Assembly: GCA_016201505.1 (NCBI GenBank)
Contig: JACQCQ010000013.1
Location: 5,285 to 69,284, forward strand
Source of the DNA: Candidatus Sungiibacteriota bacterium
GTDB lineage: Bacteria > Patescibacteriota > Minisyncoccia > Sungbacterales > JACQCQ01
DNA length: 64,000 nt
Direction: 5' to 3'
Position numbers and translations under genes: made by a program
Notes under the pieces: model-generated
What the model was told of the DNA's origin: nothing
Database searches by the model: none
What the model saw: the letters and a program-made list of their open reading frames with translations, nothing else
Shown: positions 9,181 through 18,163 of the stretch, one piece after another
How the letters are laid out: every line of letters begins with the position of its first letter
Position numbering within the stretch: position 1 is the first letter of the stretch

Positions 9181-9843
9181 CTAGCCGTCACTGTAGCGGT
9201 CTTCTTTCCAGGGACGGGCAGAGTTAGAGTAGCCTCTTTCTTCCCAAAAACCAGGCTGGTCGTGAGTTAAAAACTGAATCTCGGTCAAAAACTTGCATGA
9301 TTTCCAGCCGTATAAATGCGGAATAATCATACGAATCGGCCCGCCGTGCTCCGGCGGAATCTCTTCGCCCTCGAGCAGAGTCGCCACCATTACCTTCTCT
9401 TTTAAAAGTTCAGCATAGGGAACGTTGGTCGTGTATTTATCGAAGGCGTGGAAAACAACGAACTTGGTATCAGACTTGGGGTTTGCGATTTGAATGATTT
9501 TAGAAAACGGTATCCCCTGCCAATGGAGATCAAATCGCGACCAGCGCGTCACACAATGAAAATCAGCGGTGATATTTTGATTCGCCAGTTGTTTCAATTC
9601 ATCCAGCGAGAGAGTTTTAGGGTTTTCGATATTGCCCTTCAGTTCAAGAGACCAGCGCGGGTAAAGCTCCTTTGACGGCCGGATGCCCAAATCTAAAATG
9701 GGGAATGCTTTGGTCAGCATTTGGCCCGGTGGCAAGCGGCTTTCTCCGCCCGCTGGCGGATCGTGCGAAACTGCGGCGTGCTTTTGGGCCTGCGCCTCTT
9801 TAGCTTTGATTAAGGCTTCATTATATTGCGGTTCGTCTGCCAT
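9181..9843 (-). CDS. Molybdopterin-dependent oxidoreductase, sulfite oxidase/MsrP(YedY)-like catalytic subunit
   Basis: LDELKQLANQNITADFHCVTRWSRFDLHWQGIPFSKI matches the HCV..WS molybdopterin-binding signature. Confidence 0.7.
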   Translation of the reverse strand: MADEPQYNEALIKAKEAQAQKHAAVSHDPPAGGESRLPPGQMLTKAFPILDLGIRPSKELYPRWSLELKGNIENPKTLSLDELKQLANQNITADFHCVTRWSRFDLHWQGIPFSKIIQIANPKSDTKFVVFHAFDKYTTNVPYAELLKEKVMVATLLEGEEIPPEHGGPIRMIIPHLYGWKSCKFLTEIQFLTHDQPGFWEERGYSNSARPWKEDRYSDG

Positions 9844-9860
9844 TTTTTGAGAGTAACACC

Positions 9861-11309
9861 TTAGCGAATAAAGAAAATAAGTCCGGTATTGAGACTCGGC
9901 TTTAGAGCTTCATATTGGTTTGGTAGAAGATAATGGAAATGGCGGCGGGCTTGGTCGACCGGTAAAAAGGTGTCGGTGATAAACATCACAGTTTGGGCAG
10001 GCATAGGGATGCCGCGAACCTCAACTCCCCTGGCTTGGACGACGATATATTTGTCTACATTATCCGGAAGCGAATCTAATTGACGCCCCAGTGCCACGTA
10101 ATCGGCGGCATAGGCGTCGGCTACCTCGGGGCGGCTGGCCCAATCAAGAAAATAGGATTTGAAGGTGTAGGCCGAAATGCCCAGCAAAATCAAAACTGAA
10201 ACGATGGCCAGATGACGGGCCGTCAGGCGCAGTTTTATATATTCACAGAGCCACAAGGCACCCGAGGCCGCAAATCCAAAGGCTGGCGGGATCAATAAAA
10301 TTGAGCGCAGTGCGTGTGGCAGGCCTTCGTTGGAAATGACAACCGGCAGCAGCGCCAGCAAAAACATCAGAGTCATCGTCCAGCCAAAAATATTTCTTCG
10401 TTTTACGGCAATACCGATGCCAAGCAAAAATAAAAGTCCGACCGGCCAGAAGAGTTCGGGCCGACCGGAATAATTATGCCGCCAGTTTCCGTCGCCGCGG
10501 ACATTAAACATACCGAGCGTCAGGACAATATTTTTAGCCAAGTCACGCGCAGGAGTTGGCGAATGGAAAATCGAGACCTGGGTCGTGCGGCCCAAGAAAT
10601 CGGCCGGATGCGTGCCGAAGTAATATAAGAGCGGGATAGCCACGATAAGGGCCGAAAGATAAAGGCCAAAGGCCAAATGCCAGAAGCCGCGCCGGCGCCA
10701 AAAATACGGCACAAAAACAAGAAACAAAAACGGCATGATACGGAAAGCAATATAGGTGTAGGCGCCAAGCCCAAGCATCAGGCCGGCCGCTAGACTATAA
10801 CGGAATGAATTTTTACGCAGCGAGACCAGAAAGAAATAAAGCGCGAAGATAAGAAACAGCGGCGCCATAATCGCGCGGAATCCCAGCCGCGAGAAAGTAA
10901 TGTGCCAATAACTGACCGCCAGAAAAAACGAGCCGGAGAAAGCTAAAATCAGTGGAGATTTTAATTTAGCCGAGCCGCCTAATTCAAGCAGCAAAAAGAA
11001 AAATCCTAAAACGGTCAGGACGCCAAAAATCGGGCTGGGCAGGCGCAGTGCCCAAGGCTCGCTGAGGCCAGTCACCATAAGCGAGAGGGCCTGTAGATTC
11101 ATCATCAACCCTTCGCGTCCGTTATTTTCCGGATAAAAAACTTTAAACCCGCCGGCTAGCGGACCAGTCTTGATGGCCTCCAGCGCATTGTTCCCATTCA
11201 TCGCCTCATCGGGGTAAAGGCCGGGGGGCGTCGATTCAAAATGATAAAAACGAAAAAAGATCGCAACCAGCACCACCAGAACCAGCGCCCAAAATTCAAT
11301 TCGCTTCAT
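9861..11309 (-). CDS. Glycosyltransferase family 39 (ArnT/PMT-like) polytopic membrane protein
   Basis: More than 10 TM helices. N-terminal FYHFESTPPGLYPDEAMNGNNALE loop carries the DE motif typical of ArnT/PMT. Confidence 0.7.
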   Translation of the reverse strand: MKRIEFWALVLVVLVAIFFRFYHFESTPPGLYPDEAMNGNNALEAIKTGPLAGGFKVFYPENNGREGLMMNLQALSLMVTGLSEPWALRLPSPIFGVLTVLGFFFLLLELGGSAKLKSPLILAFSGSFFLAVSYWHITFSRLGFRAIMAPLFLIFALYFFLVSLRKNSFRYSLAAGLMLGLGAYTYIAFRIMPFLFLVFVPYFWRRRGFWHLAFGLYLSALIVAIPLLYYFGTHPADFLGRTTQVSIFHSPTPARDLAKNIVLTLGMFNVRGDGNWRHNYSGRPELFWPVGLLFLLGIGIAVKRRNIFGWTMTLMFLLALLPVVISNEGLPHALRSILLIPPAFGFAASGALWLCEYIKLRLTARHLAIVSVLILLGISAYTFKSYFLDWASRPEVADAYAADYVALGRQLDSLPDNVDKYIVVQARGVEVRGIPMPAQTVMFITDTFLPVDQARRHFHYLLPNQYEALKPSLNTGLIFFIR

Positions 11310-11358
11310 TGTATGGTATGCATTGTATGCCGACGGGCGTCGACAAAAAAGGGTCGGG

Positions 11359-11568
11359 CTAGAGCCCCTGAAGATTCTGCGCGCTATAGACGTTTAAAAA
11401 TTGCGGAATAGCCACAATCAGCCCGATCGCCGGCAAGACAATAACGAGCAACGAAATAACGAGCGTCCAAAGAAAATAACGCCGCATCTTTTCGACTGAT
11501 TTCGTCATGATCGCAATTTGATTTGACTGCTCTTCTAATTTTCTTAATATTTCTTGTTCCATAAGCAA
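11359..11568 (-). CDS. Small hypothetical membrane protein
   Basis: 69 aa with one TM helix. Confidence 0.35.
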   Translation of the reverse strand: MLMEQEILRKLEEQSNQIAIMTKSVEKMRRYFLWTLVISLLVIVLPAIGLIVAIPQFLNVYSAQNLQGL

Positions 11569-11640
11569 ATTATACCAGGTACAATGTTTTCTGAATATTG
11601 CCCAAAAGCCAAAACAGGAATATAAATAATTGGGTAAGGA

Positions 11641-11889
11641 ATGAGATTATTCAAACAGTATGGTTGGCTGACGCTCGTAGCCCTGCTCCTCGTTGGGGGA
11701 AGTTTTTGGGCGGGCTTGGAATACCGCCACGCGTATCCGTCGATCAACCATCATACCGGACCCATTCGACTGGCCCAGAATGAGTATCCGCTGATTAACC
11801 CGCTGATTGCCTGCGAGGTTTCTGATCACCGGGTCACCGGGGGCTTATTGAATTCAGCGCGCTCAAGGATGATACTAGTGTCTTCATAA
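11641..11889 (+). CDS. N-terminal fragment (signal-anchor region) of a class A beta-lactamase/PBP-like serine hydrolase, probably one gene with 12009..12668 if a frameshift is real
   Basis: Signal-anchor-like N-terminus. Frame 0 is open from 11826 upstream of 12009 and reads ...ISLYFRDLNSGSWVGENENDTYNPASLLKV. Confidence 0.4.
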   Translation: MRLFKQYGWLTLVALLLVGGSFWAGLEYRHAYPSINHHTGPIRLAQNEYPLINPLIACEVSDHRVTGGLLNSARSRMILVSS

Positions 11890-12008
11890 AAAATGCGATC
11901 TCAGTAAACAAAGCGGACGATATTTCGCTCTACTTCAGGGACTTAAATTCCGGCTCCTGGGTCGGCGAAAACGAAAACGATACCTATAACCCCGCCAGCC
12001 TTTTAAAA

Positions 12009-12668
12009 GTGGCCACATTAATCAGCGTCTTAAAAGTTGCCGAGGCGGATGCGGGAATTTTGAATCGCCAATTAACCTACGATGGAAGTTTTGATGAAAA
12101 TAAGACTGAAAACATCAAGCCGCAAAAAAGCCTTGAGCCGGGGGTAACCTATAGTGTGGATGAACTGCTCACCTATCTGATCGCCTACTCGGACAACAAT
12201 GCGTGCCATTTAATCCACGAGGTATTGGACGACAAAGTCCTGCTTGAGGTCTATTCTGATCTTGGTCTGCCCGTCCCTCCGCAATCAGCCAATGGGCTCA
12301 CGGTTGACTACATGTCGGCTAAGTCATACTCGTTCATGTTTCGCGTGCTATTCTCCAGCACCTATCTTTCCCGAGCTATGTCAGAAAAAGCGCTCGAGCT
12401 CTTGACGACACCTGATTTCCCTCAAGGCATTGAGGCCGGCGTGCCAAAAAACATAACGACCGCGCAGAAATTCGGCGAACGCGGGGTCGTCTCCCCGACC
12501 GGCCAATTGCTTTCGGCCGAACTGCATGACTGCGGTATTATCTATTATCCGAGCCATCCCTATCTTCTTTGTATTATGACGAAAGGAGCTAAATTTGATG
12601 ATTTAACGCGCCTAATCCGCGATCTTTCAACGCTAGTCTATCATGATATAGATTCAAAATATAAATGA
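12009..12668 (+). CDS. Class A beta-lactamase/D-Ala-D-Ala carboxypeptidase-like serine hydrolase (C-terminal part; reading frame is open upstream to 11826)
   Basis: SxxK (SLLK) motif just upstream in the same frame, SDN motif (AYSDNNA), and a KG-containing motif (TKGAK). The GTG start in the ORF track is probably not the true start. Confidence 0.6.
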   Translation: MATLISVLKVAEADAGILNRQLTYDGSFDENKTENIKPQKSLEPGVTYSVDELLTYLIAYSDNNACHLIHEVLDDKVLLEVYSDLGLPVPPQSANGLTVDYMSAKSYSFMFRVLFSSTYLSRAMSEKALELLTTPDFPQGIEAGVPKNITTAQKFGERGVVSPTGQLLSAELHDCGIIYYPSHPYLLCIMTKGAKFDDLTRLIRDLSTLVYHDIDSKYK

Positions 12669-12674
12669 TCAATC

Positions 12675-12698
12675 AAAAAGCCGCGTACGCGGCTTTTT
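12675..12698 (+). terminator. Rho-independent terminator aaaaagccgcgtacgcggcttttt
   Basis: Perfect GC-rich hairpin flanked by A and T runs, immediately after the 12668 stop. Confidence 0.65.
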
Positions 12699-12767
12699 GA
12701 TTGGATCTCTCGGCTGGCGCGTCCGCTAAAAATAAGAAATAGAAGAGGCCTCCACCGAGCGGAGGCC

Positions 12768-13187
12768 TCATGGGAGGGTCATACAGCAACTTGGTACCGG
12801 AACGAACGCGCCCGGCGCCTGGCAAATCAGGAAGAAACTAAAATGCCGACTCGGCCGCGCGTAGCGCCAGGGGAGCTCGTACCACACAACCACAGCATCC
12901 GCAGGCGCTTTTAGTTCAGCCAGCATATGACGAATCGCCTTATGCTTCAGGCAACCGACATGCTCGATAGCGACTACGCGCGAACCTTGCGGGACATTCT
13001 TCACCGTGAAGCGATGAGGAGCGCTTGACGACGAGCTGCCATCAGCCGCAAGATGCCCTGCGTCCACAACAAACGAATAATCACTCGCACGCTGATAGCC
13101 GAGAGTCCGCCGTGCCAGTGGCTGCAATCGGATGACTTCGCTCTCGTCTCTCACCACCAGTTTCTCGGCTCGGCGATAGGGGCTCAT
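12768..13187 (-). CDS. Hypothetical protein in the GC-rich island
   Basis: ORF only. GC-rich DNA generates many overlapping ORFs here. Confidence 0.3.
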   Translation of the reverse strand: MSPYRRAEKLVVRDESEVIRLQPLARRTLGYQRASDYSFVVDAGHLAADGSSSSSAPHRFTVKNVPQGSRVVAIEHVGCLKHKAIRHMLAELKAPADAVVVWYELPWRYARPSRHFSFFLICQAPGAFVPVPSCCMTLP

Positions 13188-14071
13188 CTCCCTCTCCTCC
13201 TTAATTACGAAGTATAGAATGCCAGAAAATAAAAGACCATCACAAAAAATTTGGGAATATCAATTCGGCCGCCGCGAATACGCGGCGGCCCGAGTGCGAG
13301 ACCCTCATCCCCGGGAGAGCACTTCCTCCATTTCGCGATAGCACTCAAGCGCGAATTCACGAACGGTCGGAGCCTTATAGCGTACCGTCCTCGGAACACC
13401 GCGTCCGGGAAGGGCGCGCCAGACGCGTTCGATAGTCTTGACACCCGGAGAATCGGCTCGAATCATCGTTGCCGATGAAATGCCGCTCGGACTGACTCCC
13501 CTTTCTTCGGCCAGGACCCGGCGGATGACAGAGACAATACGCGCTATGGCTTGGCTTTGCATCGCGTCTCCTTTTTCGTTTCTGACTTATGTAACGCCAG
13601 CCAAATAAAAAAGTTTCCAGAGCGATTCCGGCGAAAAAAAGAAACGCCGCGGCCGCGTCATATGCGGCCGCGGCCTGAAAGCCCCGCCTGTTAGCCTCCT
13701 TCCCGAGGCTTTTTTGACTTCCGATAACGGTTGAGATAATCCCCGTGAAGAACTGCGCACCAGGCGCGATTGGAATCGCCGCCTGCTTCCGAACTGCCGG
13801 AAAGAAAGGCTTCCGAATCGACTGCGCCGTCATCGGCGCCCTCACGCGGGGGCTGATGTGCCTCGCACCACCTCGTGTCAAGGATCTCACTGAAAGGATC
13901 TGCATCCGGTTCGCAGCCCGGGCAGTAGGCGCGAACAAATGTTGCGACTGGCGGTGGAAACACGGACATGGGTTCCTCCTTTCAGTCTGGTCTCAAATAC
14001 TGCTCGGACTCATCTACCTTTGAGACTATCGAACATTGGCTCCAGACGCAATGTGCCTTTCTCTCATAAAA

Positions 14072-14260
14072 TCAATTTGAAATTTTAAACGCCAGCCAGA
14101 CGCCGAGAATTGTCCCCACGGCACTTCCAAGAGTTCCGGAGAAAGAAAATATACCGGCGCCCCACAATTCGGGAATAAAACCACCGATCATCGAGCCCAC
14201 AAACAAACCGATCCAAATCAACGATTTCCGACTCATATCACTAGTATAGGCCATATCCAA
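14072..14260 (-). CDS. GlsB/YeaQ/YmgE-family small membrane protein (transglycosylase-associated)
   Basis: 62 aa, two TM helices with glycine-zipper motifs (GSMIGGFIPELWGAG, GTLGSAVGTILG). Confidence 0.65.
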   Translation of the reverse strand: MDMAYTSDMSRKSLIWIGLFVGSMIGGFIPELWGAGIFSFSGTLGSAVGTILGVWLAFKISN

Positions 14261-14305
14261 ATCAAAAAACCGCTCCGACGAATGCCGAGAGCGGTTTTTT
14301 GTAAT

Positions 14306-14506
14306 TTAGGCTTTCGAGACGTTGACGGCATTCGGCCCCTTGGGGCTGTCCTGCACTTCAAACGTTACGCGATCGCCTTCCTGAAGTTCATCAAAGGTTA
14401 CTCCCTTTAATTCCTTCGAGTGGAAAAAGAGATCTTTTTCCTGCCCTTCAACCTTGATGAAGCCGAAGCCTCGATCAGTCTTGCGGGCGACAGTTCCTTC
14501 TTGCAT
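14306..14506 (-). CDS. cspA: Cold-shock protein
   Basis: MQEGTVARKTDRGFGFIKVEGQEKDLFFHSKEL...GDRVTFEVQDSPKGPNAVNV, with RNP1-like GFGFI. The ORF extends upstream, but the internal Met gives a canonical ~66-aa CSP. Confidence 0.85.
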   Translation of the reverse strand: MQEGTVARKTDRGFGFIKVEGQEKDLFFHSKELKGVTFDELQEGDRVTFEVQDSPKGPNAVNVSKA

Positions 14507-14656
14507 GTAACAAAAGAAATATTCGCTTAGTAATGTATCAGTCAGTACCCTGATCTGAAGCCTCGAACATTGGCTCATTTCAGCACTTGATGTGATTTCG
14601 CAACAATATCATACATATTTTTCGTTGTCAATAGATTCATTTTAGCCCTAACAAGG

Positions 14657-15229
14657 CTACTTTCCCACAAGCTTCATCATCTCGCGAATGAAGGCCGCGA
14701 TGTCCATCGGCCAGCGCGAGGTAACTAAATTCCCGTCCACGACCACGTCCTTATCTTCCCAGATGCCGCCGGCTTTTTTAATGTCCTCCGGCACGCCGTC
14801 CCCCCAAAATGAGGCGAGTCGCCTCCCCTTAACCAGGCCAGCCGAAACCAAAAGCCAGGGTCCGTGACAAATCGCAGCCACCGGTTTGTTGCGCGCAAAA
14901 AATGATTTGGCGATGGCCTGCGCTTTTTTTGAATTCTGCACAACCGTTGGCGCCCCGCCCGGCCGGCCACCCGGAATCAAAAGTAAATCGTATTCATCGG
15001 GATTTATTTCATCAATGGTTTTATTCGCCGCGATATAGTACCAGCCGCTTTCGCCGGTGATTTTCCCTTTTTTGGGTGCGGCGATGTCGACGCGCCAGCC
15101 TGCGGCGATTAAACAAAAGACCGGGACGTACAATTCCATATCCTCGAATTTATCGGCGCTTAAAACAAGGGCTTGCTTCGCTCCTTCGCGCGCATCTTGC
15201 GGTATCACTCCATATTCCGGTTCGGGCAT
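14657..15229 (-). CDS. DJ-1/PfpI-family protein (class I glutamine amidotransferase-like)
   Basis: AAICHGPWLL nucleophile-elbow motif plus LLIPGGRPG. Confidence 0.85.
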   Translation of the reverse strand: MPEPEYGVIPQDAREGAKQALVLSADKFEDMELYVPVFCLIAAGWRVDIAAPKKGKITGESGWYYIAANKTIDEINPDEYDLLLIPGGRPGGAPTVVQNSKKAQAIAKSFFARNKPVAAICHGPWLLVSAGLVKGRRLASFWGDGVPEDIKKAGGIWEDKDVVVDGNLVTSRWPMDIAAFIREMMKLVGK

Positions 15230-15336
15230 ACTGTTTCCACATTATACACGAAGCCTCGCATCCCAACCAAAAAAGAAACCGCCCCGTGCCATTTGTAGCA
15301 CACGGGGCGGAGAAACCCTTCTGGCTGCGGGTATCA

Positions 15337-16086
15337 TCACCACACAGCCAGCCGAGCAGTGATCCGTAGCAGCCGCAGGGACGCGAGGACCTTGATCACC
15401 GGCCATGACGGATCGACCTCACCGCGCCGTACGGCAAATCGCGGTGAACGCTGATGCGCGTGATGATTGTTGTGCAGACTCTCGCCGGCGGTAAACCAGG
15501 CGAGGAGTTTTGAGTTCGTCGCCGTCTGGTCCAGGTAATTCCGTGCGCCGTTGCGCCGATGGCCGACGGCATTGATCAGTGGCGCCACGACAAAGACGTA
15601 GAGCACCCCATGCAGAAACGCGATGGAAATGGCCGGCCAGAGGCCGAAGATCCAGCAAAGGCCGAGGGTGCCGAGCACCGGCCCAGCCAGATCAAACAGA
15701 GAACCGACTATCGGTTTTGCCAGCAGCCGATCCCACCAGTCGACCCGCATTCCCTTGGTGTACTTTGCGATAGTCTCGTGATTTCGCGCCTCGCGGATGT
15801 AGTAGTAAACATTCCACAACTGCACGCGCCAGAATCCGAGGAGCAGCGGACTATGCGGATCGCCGGGCACATCGGTGAATGCGTGGTGCTTCCGATGCAC
15901 AGCAACCCACTCACGCCGATCCTGCCCCGTGGTGACCCACAGAATGACCCGAAATACGGCGCTCATGAATCGGCCGACTTTGAGCGAACCGTGCGTCAGA
16001 CCGCGATGCAGATAGATCGACGTTGTGAAGGTTGCAATCGTAGTGATCGAGAGTGCAACCAGGATTACGACAAGCGCCGTAGCCAT
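15337..16086 (-). CDS. Membrane fatty-acid (acyl-CoA/acyl-lipid) desaturase
   Basis: Histidine boxes HRGLTH, HRKHHAF and HNNHHAHQ, with TM segments. Confidence 0.8.
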   Translation of the reverse strand: MATALVVILVALSITTIATFTTSIYLHRGLTHGSLKVGRFMSAVFRVILWVTTGQDRREWVAVHRKHHAFTDVPGDPHSPLLLGFWRVQLWNVYYYIREARNHETIAKYTKGMRVDWWDRLLAKPIVGSLFDLAGPVLGTLGLCWIFGLWPAISIAFLHGVLYVFVVAPLINAVGHRRNGARNYLDQTATNSKLLAWFTAGESLHNNHHAHQRSPRFAVRRGEVDPSWPVIKVLASLRLLRITARLAVW

Positions 16087-16231
16087 GTGCCACCCCTCCC
16101 TCCAGCGAACTTCGTTTTGAAAAAGAACTGCGACTTCTATTTAGTATAGCACTGAAATGAAGATTCTTTTTTAAGACACTGTTTTTGATATTTTTCTCGT
16201 GTCTTTCTGTATAATTGATGAAGTCAAACTA

Positions 16232-16269
16232 CCTATAACGTACTACAGTACGTTATAGGTAGTACGGAC
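16232..16269. repeat. Palindrome cctataacgtact-ac-agtacgttatagg followed by tagtacggac; boundary motif shared with 63873-63900
   Basis: 13-bp inverted arms seen directly. The 16-nt string tataggtagtacggac recurs at 63885-63900. It sits at the junction between GC-rich and AT-rich DNA. Confidence 0.5.
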
Positions 16270-16350
16270 CTATGTATTACGGAATTTCTTTCCTCGTGTT
16301 TAGTTGCATCACATATAATAAGAAGGGGCGCCGCAGACTCGAGCGGCGCC

Positions 16351-16728
16351 CTAGGGGGACGCTCTCCCCTTCTTGATGAGGTGGAGGACGACGCCCTGGA
16401 TATCTTGCTTGTGCCGCAAGGTCTCGTAGACCAGCACTGTGCCCAAGAAAAGCGCCCCAACCTTGATGAGCCTCTTCAAGGTAATGGGCTGGTGATCATC
16501 GCGCTCCGGTTCGTAGACCTCCATACCGTCGAGCAGACCGGCTCGCTGCAACTCGGTGATACTGTCCCCGAACCTTCCCATCTCTGTGCGACTGTTGAGA
16601 ATGTTATTTTTATCTCGGCAGAGATCACAGTAGAGCGAAAAACCGCCATGCTTGCAGGCCGCATAGGCTTCAAATGCCCTGCGCGCTTTGCGGAGACGAT
16701 CCGGATCATGAGCTTCCACGGTCTTCAC
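16351..16728 (-). CDS. Hypothetical protein (C-terminal TM) in the GC-rich island
   Basis: ORF only. Confidence 0.3.
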   Translation of the reverse strand: MKTVEAHDPDRLRKARRAFEAYAACKHGGFSLYCDLCRDKNNILNSRTEMGRFGDSITELQRAGLLDGMEVYEPERDDHQPITLKRLIKVGALFLGTVLVYETLRHKQDIQGVVLHLIKKGRASP

Positions 16729-17035
16729 CTCCTTAAAGAACGTATCTGATTGGTGCTTTATTGTATACCTCTAATAAAAATTAGCCAGTTGTTGAAGCTT
16801 TACGTGGCGGAGGAGGTTACTGTGTCCGTCCAAAGCCTTGGCGAAGGAGGAAAACCTATGCCGAGGAAGCGCTTTGGCTGGAGGACGCCATTAGAAGTTT
16901 TTGCCGACAGTGTTGCACTTACTTGTTGAACCTAATCCTTTGAGAGACAAAACGAGTATATTTACATACCAGATTCAATAACTTGCTCAAACGCATAAAT
17001 TTTTATCTCACCTCGCTACTCACTATTGTTTGGAA

Positions 17036-17066
17036 ACAAAAAGCTCCCATCATGGGAGCTTTTTTG
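17036..17066. terminator. Bidirectional rho-independent terminator aaaaagctcccatcatgggagcttttttg
   Basis: Perfect hairpin with A-run and T-run flanks, 20 bp downstream of the minus-strand gene ending at 17088. Confidence 0.7.
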
Positions 17067-17087
17067 CGGAAGTAGCAAGCAAGAGGC

Positions 17088-17630
17088 TTAGGGATTTAAG
17101 CCGACCTCTATCGGAAGCCCGGTTATAGTATCTACCATTTCTGTTACTCCACCGTCATTGCTCAAGAATACCTTACCGCTATCTTCGGCCAGGGTTACAT
17201 CATCAACTGGCGTGAAGTCAGCTTCACATAAGTTATTTGTTTCTGCAGACAAGTCGAATGCAACATTCCAAAGATATCCTGTATTTTTACCAGGTTTATT
17301 TAACCTTGGATTATAAGCATCAACCTCTTTGTTGGTGTTTACGACAGCTTTCTTATCAACAGTGATAGTTTTTGTACCTTTTTTAGTTATAATGTCCTTT
17401 TGACAGGTTTGCTCGTATTTGGCTTGAGCGTGGAGAAATACCCTCGCTCCATTTTTGTAGGTACCTTTGCCAACAAACCCATTAGCGAATCCATTGCTAT
17501 CTGGTGCGGCTAAGCTGGAAGCATAAACTAAGAGGTCATTTTGAACTGCAGCAAAGACCGCAGTTGTCGTGAGAGCCAAAACCATAGCTGTGATTCCTAA
17601 ACTAGCAGGTATTTTTTGTAATTTTTTCAT
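17088..17630 (-). CDS. Hypothetical secreted protein
   Basis: Signal peptide MKKLQKIPASLGITAMVLALTTTAVFA. Confidence 0.6.
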   Translation of the reverse strand: MKKLQKIPASLGITAMVLALTTTAVFAAVQNDLLVYASSLAAPDSNGFANGFVGKGTYKNGARVFLHAQAKYEQTCQKDIITKKGTKTITVDKKAVVNTNKEVDAYNPRLNKPGKNTGYLWNVAFDLSAETNNLCEADFTPVDDVTLAEDSGKVFLSNDGGVTEMVDTITGLPIEVGLNP

Positions 17631-17840
17631 GATATTTTTCCCAATATTAATGTTTTAGCAAGCTCGACCTTATTATTGGAAGACTATCCAAACTCACTTA
17701 AATTATTAGTAAGAAATATAGCATAAACAATTATTAAGTCAATTTTTTTACCGCACTTTTTCTACCACGCTCCGCCACTCACTATTATTTTCGGAAGGTT
17801 CTAATCCCGCAATGGGTCACGAAAATAACCCCTATAAAAT

Positions 17841-18155
17841 CAGGCTATTTTAAGTGCTCCATACCCTGAACGAAATCCGAACGCATTTTCGGGAAACCCC
17901 CGACGAATGAAGCCGCCCCGCCGCCGCTCGCTACCACTCGCCGCACCACAGAAAAATACTCTTTGCTCTTTTCGTTTTGCGCGCGCCCGATTTTTTCTTC
18001 TCTTAATGAAAAGAGTATTTTTCTGTGGTGCATTGCTTTGACAAGCAAGGCGGCGGGGCTGGCCTCTATTTTTTGCAAGAACACGGCGGAATTCCCCCCA
18101 CACCCCCCTTCCGCCGTGTTCTTGCGGGGACGGACGGAATTTTTGGCGGCGGCTA
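17841..18155. repeat. GC-rich repeat R1 copy A (inverted partner at 21998..22203), carrying a nested 107-bp insertion
   Basis: Sequence from 17841 onward equals the reverse complement of 22203 downward, except for an insert at 17926-18032. Contains long internal hairpins (gcaagaacacggcggaa...ttccgccgtgttcttgc and ccgccgccttgc-tttgacaa-gcaaggcggcgg). Confidence 0.75.
17946..18028. mobile_element. MITE-like 83-bp element with 19-bp terminal inverted repeats (ccacagaaaaatactcttt ... aaagagtatttttctgtgg), nested in R1 copy A only
   Basis: Perfect terminal inverted repeats seen directly. Absent from R1 copy B. Confidence 0.45.
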
Positions 18156-18163
18156 ATCAAGTA

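Noticed and set aside
13205-13969. Multiple overlapping ORFs (13205..13444, 13251..13478, 13305..13562, 13375..13938, 13691..13969, 13745..14023) in the GC-rich island
   Set aside because: They are mutually exclusive, compositionally biased, and have no recognisable motifs. One may be real, but the sequence alone cannot decide which.
15559-16149. Plus-strand ORFs (15559..16149, 15579..15773) antisense to the desaturase gene
   Set aside because: The desaturase reading frame has a complete histidine-box signature. The antisense frames are a GC artefact.
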